Positions 9,057 through 16,738 of a stretch of 35,507 nucleotides of DNA are shown piece after piece (position 1 is the stretch's first letter; each line of letters starts with the position of its first letter). Origin of the DNA: Sedimentibacter sp. (GTDB taxonomy: Bacteria > Bacillota > Clostridia > Tissierellales > Sedimentibacteraceae). The position numbers and the translations under genes are program-made. The stretch lies in the NCBI GenBank assembly GCA_029265225.1, contig JAJUJR010000001.1, positions 1 through 35,507 of the forward strand. Direction: 5' to 3'. Below the pieces are notes generated by a model, which saw only the letters and a program-made list of their open reading frames with translations, was not told where the DNA came from and did not search any database.

Positions 9057-9160
9057 AATTAAGAATGAAGAATGAAGAATTAAAAATTAGTTGTTGAATT
9101 TGGGTGCGGCCCAAATTCTTCATTTAATTCTTAATTCTTAACTCTTAATTCTTCATTTAA
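9057..9160. repeat. Long palindromic element: heptamer arrays in opposite orientation around a hairpin
   Basis: Left AATTAAG/AATGAAG units, core GAATTTGGG-TGCGG-CCCAAATTC (9096-9118), right TTAATTC/TTCATTT units. Confidence 0.85.
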
Positions 9161-9175
9161 TTTTCGGAGGTAATG

Positions 9176-10297
9176 ATGAATAAAATTAAGGTGCTTGTTG
9201 TTTTCGGCACACGTCCGGAAGCTGTAAAGATGGCTCCCATAGTGAAGGCTCTCAAAAATGATGAAGAACACTTCATATCAAAAATATGCGTGACAGCACA
9301 GCACAGAGATATGCTGGACCAGGTTCTTAAAATATTTGACATTGAACCTGATTATGATTTAAATATATTCCAAAGCGGACAGACTTTGACGCAAATAACA
9401 TGCAGGGCTCTGTCAGGGCTTGAAGGGGTTATAGAAGAATTCAAACCTGATCTAATCTTGGTGCAGGGTGATACTACAACGGTGTTTTCAGGAGCCCTTG
9501 CTGCATTTTATCACCAGGTAAAAATTGGTCATGTGGAAGCAGGATTGAGAAGCGGTAATTTATATTCTCCATATCCTGAAGAAGCAAACCGCATGCTTAC
9601 GGGAGTTCTTACGGATTTTCACTTTGCTCCTACTCAGACTTCAAAGAACAATCTTTTAAGGGAAGGATATGATGAAAACAAGATTTTCATCACAGGAAAT
9701 ACATCCATAGATGCTCTTAGCTGGGTTATAGAAAAAAATTACAAATTCAGCGATGAAACATTAAACAGCATAGATTTTGAAAATAAGAAGGTAATACTGC
9801 TGACTGCTCACAGAAGGGAAAATATAGGCGAGCCCATGGAAAATATTTTTTCAGCAGTAAGCCAGGTGGCAGAAGAAAACAAAGATGTTGAAGTTATTTA
9901 TCCAATGCACTTGAATCCTAAGGTAAGAGAAATTGCAAGAAAATTGTTTGACGGAATGAAAAATGTCCACCTTATAGAACCACTGGATTACCTTCCTTTC
10001 ACAAACCTTATGTCAAAATGCTACCTTGTTGTTACAGATTCAGGCGGAGTTCAGGAAGAAGCACCTTCCCTGGGCAAGCCGGTGCTTGTTGTAAGAAAAG
10101 AAACTGAAAGGCCTGAAGGTATTTCAGCAGGTACAGCAAAGCTTGCAGGAACTGACAGAGAAGTTATTTACAATGAGCTTAATATCCTTATTAATAATGA
10201 AGAAGAATACAAAAAAATGGCCAACGCAGTCAATCCATACGGTGACGGAAGGGCTGCAATGCATATAATAGATGCCATAAAGAATAAAATGCTTTAG
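9176..10297 (+). CDS. wecB: UDP-N-acetylglucosamine 2-epimerase (non-hydrolysing, WecB/MnaA)
   Basis: VFGTRPEAVKMAP, VTAQHR, VQGDTTT, GHVEAGLRS, TAHRREN, TDSGG.QEEAP, ERPE, NPYGDG. Second ATG (9176) is better spaced from GGAGG than 9173. Confidence 0.97.
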   Translation: MNKIKVLVVFGTRPEAVKMAPIVKALKNDEEHFISKICVTAQHRDMLDQVLKIFDIEPDYDLNIFQSGQTLTQITCRALSGLEGVIEEFKPDLILVQGDTTTVFSGALAAFYHQVKIGHVEAGLRSGNLYSPYPEEANRMLTGVLTDFHFAPTQTSKNNLLREGYDENKIFITGNTSIDALSWVIEKNYKFSDETLNSIDFENKKVILLTAHRRENIGEPMENIFSAVSQVAEENKDVEVIYPMHLNPKVREIARKLFDGMKNVHLIEPLDYLPFTNLMSKCYLVVTDSGGVQEEAPSLGKPVLVVRKETERPEGISAGTAKLAGTDREVIYNELNILINNEEEYKKMANAVNPYGDGRAAMHIIDAIKNKML

Positions 10298-10299
10298 TA

Positions 10300-10330
10300 A
10301 AAGCCTGTCTATGCGACGGGCTTTCCTATT
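10300..10330 (+). terminator. Probable terminator after wecB
   Basis: AAAGCCTGTC-TATGC-GACGGGCTTT stem-loop. Confidence 0.7.
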
Positions 10331-10543
10331 GTAAAAGACAAGAATGGGATGGTCTTCCGTTAAGAGGACTATCCCCTGACGGAGCTGCAAAGAAGCTTTT
10401 TAGTGACTATTAGTCGAACAGGATTTGAGAAAAATTAATCAATTTAATAAAAATGAGTATGAAATTTTTTGCTGCAGCCTGGCAATTGGCGCGGCAGGCG
10501 GCTGTAGTGTCCTAAATAGTTGTAATTTGTTATAATAAATATA

Positions 10544-10584
10544 TTGACAAACAGTTTGTTTTATATTATACTTCGAATATCAAA
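10544..10584 (+). promoter_or_regulatory. SigmaA promoter of the fab operon with overlapping FabT-like operator
   Basis: TTGACA-17 nt-TATACT, then near-palindrome TTCGA-ATA-TCAAA (10572-10584). Confidence 0.75.
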
Positions 10585-10655
10585 ATATTTGAAATAAAAT
10601 AAAAAATGATATCAAATTAATAGACATTAAAACATTTAAATTTATGGAGGAAATA

Positions 10656-10883
10656 ATGATTTTAGAAAAAGTAAAAGCAATTTTAGTTGAGGAATTGGAC
10701 GTAGAGGAAGAAAATATAAATCTTGACAGCAAAATAAAGGATGATTTGGGAGCAGATTCACTGGATCTTTTCGAATTGATCAGCAAAATAGAAGATGAGC
10801 TTGACATCACTATCGATGAAGAAGATTACGGCAAGCTTGTAACAGTTGGAGATATAGTAAACTACATTACAGACAAACAATAA
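10656..10883 (+). CDS. acpP: Acyl carrier protein
   Basis: Small acidic protein with DLGADSLD phosphopantetheine site; ATG 10656 after GGAGG. Confidence 0.95.
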   Translation: MILEKVKAILVEELDVEEENINLDSKIKDDLGADSLDLFELISKIEDELDITIDEEDYGKLVTVGDIVNYITDKQ

Positions 10884-10889
10884 TTAATT

Positions 10890-10916
10890 AGAAAACGCCT
10901 GCGGGCGTTTTCTCTT
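10890..10916 (+). terminator. Intra-operon terminator-like hairpin after acpP
   Basis: AGAAAACGCC-TGCG-GGCGTTTTCT. Confidence 0.7.
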
Positions 10917-10958
10917 ATGCGGAATAATACGCAATTTTATTACAATCGAGGAGAATAT

Positions 10959-11918
10959 ATGATTAATACAGTTATATGCAGCCTGCTGAACATTAAATAT
11001 CCTATTTTTCAAGGAGGCATGGCACAAATATCAGATGCGGAGTTAGCTGCTGCCGTTTCAGAAGCTGGGGGTCTCGGAGTTATTGCATCAGGCAACAACA
11101 CTGCGGAATTTATAAAAAAAGAAATACATAAAATCAAATCGCTGACTGATAAGCCATTTGGAGTTAATGTAATGCTTTTAAGCCCATACGCCAACGATGT
11201 GAGCAATCTTCTTATGGAAGAAAAAGTTCCGGTTATAATTACAGGTGCAGGAAACCCGGGAAAATATTTAAAACTTTGGAAAGACGCCGGAATAAAGGTT
11301 ATACCGGTTGTTCCATCTGTAGCTTTTGCAAAACATTTTGAAAAGCTTGGAGCCGATGCAATCATCTGCGAAGGAACTGAATCAGGCGGACACGTAGGAG
11401 AAATCACAACAATGTGCCTGACTCCACAAGTGGTTGATGCTGTAAGCATCCCTGTTATAGCAGCAGGAGGAATAGGAGACGGAAGAGGTATTGCCGCTGC
11501 CTTAAGCCTTGGTGCTCAGGGAGTGCAGGTCGGAACTAGATTTTTGCTTGCCAAGGAATGCAACGTTCATCAGAACTACAAAGACAAGGTCCTTAAGGCA
11601 AATGACACAGACACGGCTGTTACGGGAAGAAAAACAGGTCATCCTGTAAGAGTATTAAAAAACAAACTTGTAAATCAATTTAAAGAAATAGAAAAGAATA
11701 ACGGAACCGTTGAAGAAATGGAACAGCTGGGAAGAGGAAGACTTTACAAGGCAGCTGTTGAAGGAGATGTTGATTACGGTTCAGTAATGTCAGGACAAAT
11801 TGCAGGCTTGGTGAATAAGGAACAAAGCTGCAAGGAAATTATCACAGAAATGTTTAATGAAGCGGAAACTATTATGAAAAGCTTGAGTTTATTTGTTTCA
11901 GGAGGTAGTAATGAGTAA
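10959..11918 (+). CDS. fabK: Enoyl-ACP reductase II
   Basis: YPIFQGGMA, KPFGVN.ML, TGAGNP, EG.ESGGH.G, PVIAAGGIGDGRG, GVQVGTRF, TGHPVR, MSGQIAG; ATG 10959 after GAGGAG. Confidence 0.93.
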   Translation: MINTVICSLLNIKYPIFQGGMAQISDAELAAAVSEAGGLGVIASGNNTAEFIKKEIHKIKSLTDKPFGVNVMLLSPYANDVSNLLMEEKVPVIITGAGNPGKYLKLWKDAGIKVIPVVPSVAFAKHFEKLGADAIICEGTESGGHVGEITTMCLTPQVVDAVSIPVIAAGGIGDGRGIAAALSLGAQGVQVGTRFLLAKECNVHQNYKDKVLKANDTDTAVTGRKTGHPVRVLKNKLVNQFKEIEKNNGTVEEMEQLGRGRLYKAAVEGDVDYGSVMSGQIAGLVNKEQSCKEIITEMFNEAETIMKSLSLFVSGGSNE

Positions 11919-12852
11919 GACAGCTTTTGTGTTTCCAGGACAGGGTGCTCAGTACGCTGGAATGGGAAAAGAGTTTTATGACAATTTCGATGAAAGCAAG
12001 GAAATTTTTGAAAGAGCCAACCAGGCTCTAGGATTTGATCTTGCAAAACTTTGTTTTGAAGGACCTGACCAGGATCTGAGTGTTACTAAAATAACTCAGC
12101 CTGCTCTTCTCACAACTTGCATGGCAATATACGAAGTTTTGAAGAAAAACAACAAGGATGATTCTGTTGTCATGGGAGGACTTTCTCTCGGAGAATATTC
12201 TGCACTGACAGCTGCAGGTGCAATGGATTTTGAAACTGCGGTCAAACTTGTTTACAACAGAGGAAATTACATGCAAAATGCAGTTCCTTTAGGAGAAGGC
12301 GGAATGCTTGCTCTAATGGGATGCACAGATCAGGATGCAATAGCCTTCTGTGAAGATGTAACAAAAAGCTGCGGTTTGCTTGAACCTGCAAACTTCAACT
12401 GCCCGGGACAAATAGTTGTGGGCGGAAAAAGCGAAGCAATAGAAAAAGCATTGGCAAAGACTTCCCAGTTCAACATAAAAAGAGCCGTTAAACTTCAGGT
12501 AAGCGCACCATTCCACACATCAATGCTTAAGCCTGCAGGAACCAAGCTTAAAGAAGATTTGGCAAAAATCAAATTCAAGAAGCCAAAATGCAATGTTATT
12601 TCCAATGTTGATACAGAATATTACGAAAATGACCAGGTAATAGCAGACAAACTGGAAAAGCAGGTTTACAATCCCGTTAGATGGGAAGAATGCGTTAGAA
12701 AAATGATAGCTGACGGTGTGACAACATTTGTTGAAATAGGACCGGGAAAGACATTGTCAAGCTTCATCAAGAAAATAGATAAAAATGTGAAATCAATAAA
12801 TATAGACAGCATTGCATCACTCAAAGAATATATAGAATTGTCTTATGCGTAA
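11911..12852 (+). CDS. fabD: Malonyl-CoA:ACP transacylase
   Basis: FPGQGAQ, TQPA, GLSLGEY, ANFNCPGQ, VSAPFHT, PVRW, EIGPG. Confidence 0.96.
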   Translation: MSKTAFVFPGQGAQYAGMGKEFYDNFDESKEIFERANQALGFDLAKLCFEGPDQDLSVTKITQPALLTTCMAIYEVLKKNNKDDSVVMGGLSLGEYSALTAAGAMDFETAVKLVYNRGNYMQNAVPLGEGGMLALMGCTDQDAIAFCEDVTKSCGLLEPANFNCPGQIVVGGKSEAIEKALAKTSQFNIKRAVKLQVSAPFHTSMLKPAGTKLKEDLAKIKFKKPKCNVISNVDTEYYENDQVIADKLEKQVYNPVRWEECVRKMIADGVTTFVEIGPGKTLSSFIKKIDKNVKSINIDSIASLKEYIELSYA

Positions 12853-12872
12853 GCATAACAGAAAGGATTACT

Positions 12873-13604
12873 ATGAAGACTGCAATTATTACTGGAGCTT
12901 CAAAAGGTATCGGAGCTGCAATTGCTTTAAGGCTCAATGAGCTGGGTTACAATCTTGTTCTCAACTACAGAAGCAACACTATTTCCATGGAAGAATTAAT
13001 CAATAATTTTCCCAACAAGGAAACTAAAAATGTGACTGTACAGTGTGACATATCAAACTATGAAGATGCCAAGAAACTTATCGATGAAGCTTATGACAAC
13101 TTTGGAACCGTTGATGTGTTAATAAACAATGCAGGAATAACCAAGGACAACATACTTCCAATGATGAGCGAGGAAGAATTTGATCAGGTTATCGAAACAA
13201 ATTTAAAAGGAACATTCAACTGCTGCAGGCATATTTCCAAAAGGATGCTTAAGCAAAAGTACGGAAGAATTGTAAACATTTCATCCGTAGTTGGGCTTGC
13301 CGGAAATGCAGGGCAGGTTAATTATGCTGCTTCTAAAGCAGGAGTTATAGGAATGACCAAATCTATGGCCAGAGAGCTTGGAAAGAAAAATGTCCTTGTA
13401 AATGCCGTAGCCCCTGGTTTCATTCAAACGGAAATGACTGACAAAATACCTGATGACATAAAAAATGAAATGATGAAAAATATACCGCTGCAAAAGCTTG
13501 GCCAGCCCAGCGACATTGCAGATGCAGTTGAATTTTTAATATCTGAAAAAGCTTCATATATAACAGGCCAGGTATTATCAGTCAACGGCGGATACTACAT
13601 GTAA
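12873..13604 (+). CDS. fabG: 3-oxoacyl-ACP reductase
   Basis: TGASKGIG, NNAGITKD, GNAGQVNYAASKAG, VAPGFI.T.MT. Confidence 0.96.
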   Translation: MKTAIITGASKGIGAAIALRLNELGYNLVLNYRSNTISMEELINNFPNKETKNVTVQCDISNYEDAKKLIDEAYDNFGTVDVLINNAGITKDNILPMMSEEEFDQVIETNLKGTFNCCRHISKRMLKQKYGRIVNISSVVGLAGNAGQVNYAASKAGVIGMTKSMARELGKKNVLVNAVAPGFIQTEMTDKIPDDIKNEMMKNIPLQKLGQPSDIADAVEFLISEKASYITGQVLSVNGGYYM

Positions 13605-13622
13605 TTGAAATTGGAGGAAAAA

Positions 13623-14861
13623 ATGAAAAGAAGAGTTGTAATAACAGGTGTTGGCGTTGTAAGTCCAATCGGATCAGGCGATGCATTTTGGGAAAATGTA
13701 AAAAAAGGAACATGCGGAATAAGCCCTATCGAATCTTTTGACACTACTGAATTCAGCGTAAAACTTGCTGCTGAAGTGAAGGATTTCGACCCTACACTGT
13801 ACATGGATAAAAAGGAATCAAAAAGACAGGACAGATACAGCCAGTTTGCACTTGCTGCAGCTGAAATAGCAGTAAAAAATTCAGGACTTGATATAGAAAA
13901 AGTAGACAGCGACCGTTTTGGAGTAATTGTAGGAAGTGCTGTTGGTGGAATTCATACAATTGAAGCCGAGCATGCAAAGCTTCTTGAAAAAGGACCGGGA
14001 AAAGTGTCCACATTCTTCATTCCTATGATGCTTTCAAACATAGCTTCAGGACTTGTGGCTATTAAGTACCAGGCAAAGTCTGTGAACTTCAGCACAGTTA
14101 CAGCTTGTGCAACAGGTGCCAATGCAATCGGAGAATCATACAAAAGGATCCAGGATGGAATTTGCGACGTTATGATTGCCGGAGGAAGTGAAGCTGCCAT
14201 CACTCCATGTTCCATTGCAGGTTTTTCTGCTCTTACTACGCTTTCAACAACTACAGATGTAAACAGAGCATCAATACCTTTTGATAAGGAAAGACATGGA
14301 TTTGTAATGGGAGAAGGAGCCGGAATAATGATTCTTGAAGATTACGACCATGCTGTAAAAAGAGGAGCAAAAATATATGCAGAGTTAGTTGGCTATGGAG
14401 CAACATGCGATGCATACCACATGACAAGCCCTGACCCAAGTTCAGAAGGTGCTTCAAAGGCTATGAAAAATGCCATAGAAGATGCAGGCATAACACCTGT
14501 GGATATTGGATATATCAATGCTCACGGAACAAGCACATTGTACAATGACAAGTTTGAAACACAAGCTATAAAGAACATATTCAAGGAAAATGCAAAGAAC
14601 GTTCCAATAAGCTCTACAAAGTCTATGACAGGCCATTTGCTTGGAGCTGCCGGAGCTGTAGAAGCAATAGTATGTGCAAAATCTTTGGAAGACGGATATA
14701 TTCCTGCAACAATAAACCATCAGGTTACTGACCCTGAGCTCGATTTGAACTTCGTTCCTAACACAGGAATTGAAAAAGAATATGACTATGCATTGTCAAA
14801 CGCATTTGGATTCGGCGGACACAATGCAACATTGGTTCTTAAAAAATATAAAGGAAACTAA
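13623..14861 (+). CDS. fabF: 3-oxoacyl-ACP synthase II
   Basis: RRVVITG.G, TACATG, GFVMGEGAG, YINAHGTST, SSTKSMTGHLLGAAG, FGFGGHN. Confidence 0.97.
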   Translation: MKRRVVITGVGVVSPIGSGDAFWENVKKGTCGISPIESFDTTEFSVKLAAEVKDFDPTLYMDKKESKRQDRYSQFALAAAEIAVKNSGLDIEKVDSDRFGVIVGSAVGGIHTIEAEHAKLLEKGPGKVSTFFIPMMLSNIASGLVAIKYQAKSVNFSTVTACATGANAIGESYKRIQDGICDVMIAGGSEAAITPCSIAGFSALTTLSTTTDVNRASIPFDKERHGFVMGEGAGIMILEDYDHAVKRGAKIYAELVGYGATCDAYHMTSPDPSSEGASKAMKNAIEDAGITPVDIGYINAHGTSTLYNDKFETQAIKNIFKENAKNVPISSTKSMTGHLLGAAGAVEAIVCAKSLEDGYIPATINHQVTDPELDLNFVPNTGIEKEYDYALSNAFGFGGHNATLVLKKYKGN

Positions 14862-14862
14862 T

Positions 14863-15288
14863 ATGGTCTATAATACAAGCGAAATACAGAAAATAATACC
14901 TCACAGATACCCGATGCTCCTCATTGACAAAATCGTGGAGCTTGTAGAAGGAGAAAAAGCTGTGGGAATTAAAAATGTGACAATAAATGAACAGTTTTTC
15001 CAGGGACATTTTCCTGGAAATCCTGTTATGCCCGGAGTTCTAATTGTTGAGGCTTTGGCCCAGACAGGTGCTGTAGCCATTCTTTCCATGGAAAAATTCA
15101 AGAACAAGACCGTGTACTTTGGAGGAATTAAGAGCGCAAAATTCAAAAGAAAAGTATGCCCGGGTGACACATTGAAACTTGTTACTGAAATAACTAAATT
15201 AAAAGCTAATTTTGGCATAGGAAATGCAGTTGCTTACGTGGATGACGAGATTGCAGCCGAAGCAGAATTAATCTTTGCCGTGGAATAA
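14863..15288 (+). CDS. fabZ: 3-hydroxyacyl-ACP dehydratase
   Basis: IPHRYP.LLID, KNVT.NE.FFQGHFP..PVMPGVLIVEALAQ; ATG 14863 directly after the fabF stop. Confidence 0.96.
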   Translation: MVYNTSEIQKIIPHRYPMLLIDKIVELVEGEKAVGIKNVTINEQFFQGHFPGNPVMPGVLIVEALAQTGAVAILSMEKFKNKTVYFGGIKSAKFKRKVCPGDTLKLVTEITKLKANFGIGNAVAYVDDEIAAEAELIFAVE

Positions 15289-15560
15289 ATTGTGACAATA
15301 TTTTCACAATAAAATTTCCATATTTAAAAAAAATGTGTTATAATTTATAATGTGACACATTTTTTTATTTTTATAACTTATGATTACGTTTTCTGATTAT
15401 TTTTCAAAATGTTGAATGTTAATATATTAACCAACTTAATCCATGAAATTAATTGAATTAATTTTAGATTAAGGGAAATCATAAACTATGAAATTCCAAA
15501 GGTAACTGAAGCACTTAGGTTGTATGTAAAATATTTCCTTCGCAAAAATAATAAAATAGC

Positions 15561-15632
15561 TTGCCCTACAGGATTTATGTGCTATAATATCGTATATATA
15601 TCAAATAAGACCATAGTATCTAAAAAGATACT
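15561..15632 (+). promoter_or_regulatory. Promoter and palindromic operator upstream of the HxlR-family gene
   Basis: TTGCCC-16 nt-TATAAT with TGn extension; perfect palindrome AGTATCT-AAAA-AGATACT at 15615-15632. Confidence 0.7.
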
Positions 15633-15654
15633 GTGAATTATAAGAGGTGATTAA

Positions 15655-16065
15655 ATGAGCGCAGTTTCTTGCGATATTTTCAGTGATAAAGAAAGACACA
15701 GCACTTGCTACATGAGCGACAAATGCATAAGGTACAAAGTATGTCCAATGGTTCTGGTTCAGAAGCTTCTGGCCGGAAAGAGGAAGATAATGATACTTTG
15801 GTATTTAAGCGGTAAGGTTTTAAGATTCAATGACATTAAAAGACGACTTCCGGATGTTACTCAAAAAATGCTTACTCAGCAGCTGAGGAGTTTAGAGGAA
15901 GATCATTTGATATTCAGGCACGTTTATCCGGTTGTACCTCCAAGGGTTGAATACGGATTGACGGAACTGGGGGAAAAAATTATTCCTTTGCTTGAGATGA
16001 TGCATGGTTTTGGTGCTGATTATCTTGAACTTGGATATAAAGATAACAATCCGGACCAAGATTAG
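15655..16065 (+). CDS. HxlR/DUF24 (MarR-type) winged-helix regulator
   Basis: CP...Q.LL.GK.KI.ILW.L, RF....R.LP.VTQKMLTQQLR.LE, VYPVVPPRVEY.LT..G. Confidence 0.93.
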   Translation: MSAVSCDIFSDKERHSTCYMSDKCIRYKVCPMVLVQKLLAGKRKIMILWYLSGKVLRFNDIKRRLPDVTQKMLTQQLRSLEEDHLIFRHVYPVVPPRVEYGLTELGEKIIPLLEMMHGFGADYLELGYKDNNPDQD

Positions 16066-16132
16066 GTATCTTTTAGGGTACTATAGTACAAAAAAGTGCG
16101 TACTTGCCAAGCATGTCCAGATTAAATATACT
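16066..16132 (+). promoter_or_regulatory. HxlR-type operator(s) and sigmaA promoter immediately downstream of the regulator gene
   Basis: GTATC-N6-GGTAC (16066-16081), AGTACAAAAAAGTGCGTACT (16085-16104), then TTGCCA-17 nt-TATACT. Confidence 0.65.
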
Positions 16133-16325
16133 GTTAAGGGTAACAGCTGAATTTTGCAGTTTTTAATATTTTTAACAGACAAAAACCTAAGGAAAACAAG
16201 GGTTTTTTATTCAAAAATGCGGAAAAATTTGCAATTGCACCTTGTCACTTAAATAACGAACAAACGCTGCAATGCAAAGTATGACGGCATATTTTAAGGC
16301 TTTATGTTATATTATACCAAATTTA

Positions 16326-16354
16326 TTGACAAACATTTTTTTATATTTTATTAT
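16326..16354 (+). promoter_or_regulatory. SigmaA promoter of the A/V-ATPase operon
   Basis: TTGACA-17 nt-TATTAT. Confidence 0.65.
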
Positions 16355-16411
16355 TAATGAAATAGGAAAATGTTTGATTTTATAAAAATATTTGACAGAG
16401 GTGGTGGTATA

Positions 16412-16738
16412 GTGTCTATTGAAATAATCAAGGTAATAAAGGAGGCAGAGGAAAAGGCTGAAGTTACAAAAAAAGAAGCCGCTCAGCAAGCAAAGCAAAT
16501 TATTACCAATGCTAATGCGCAAGCTCTACAAATTGTTGATGAAGCAAGAGAAATCGCTGATTCTAAAAGAACTGATGTGCTAAAAGCAGCAGAATCCGAA
16601 GGACAGCTTCTTTATGACAGCATAATCAGCGATGCTGCAAAAAAATGTGATGACATTTTAAAAAGCGCAGAAAAAAACATGGATGATGCAGCATCAATTA
16701 TACTGGAAAGGATAGTGAAGGCCAGTGGCAATAGTTAA
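16412..16738 (+). CDS. A/V-type ATPase peripheral stalk subunit H (G)
   Basis: Coiled-coil IKEAEEKAE...A..II..A; first gene of the operon; GTG 16412 after GAGGTGG. Confidence 0.8.
   Translation: MSIEIIKVIKEAEEKAEVTKKEAAQQAKQIITNANAQALQIVDEAREIADSKRTDVLKAAESEGQLLYDSIISDAAKKCDDILKSAEKNMDDAASIILERIVKASGNS

Noticed and set aside
9057-9160. Heptamer arrays as a CRISPR array
   Set aside because: No spacers, unit too short, no cas genes.
10330-10510. ZTP or other known riboswitch
   Set aside because: Only a CTGACGGA fragment resembles it; other conserved elements are missing and the region lies upstream of the fab promoter.
12175-12198. FabD active site GLSLGEY instead of GHSLGEY
   Set aside because: Common variant in Firmicutes; catalytic Ser intact.
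15290-15309. TTGTGA..TCACAA as a Rex or CRP/FNR site
   Set aside because: Spacer is 8 nt, whereas Rex and CRP-type sites have 6; kept only as an unassigned palindrome.
15488-15505. Tiny ORF MKFQR after AAGGGA
   Set aside because: Five codons, poor RBS spacing, no support.
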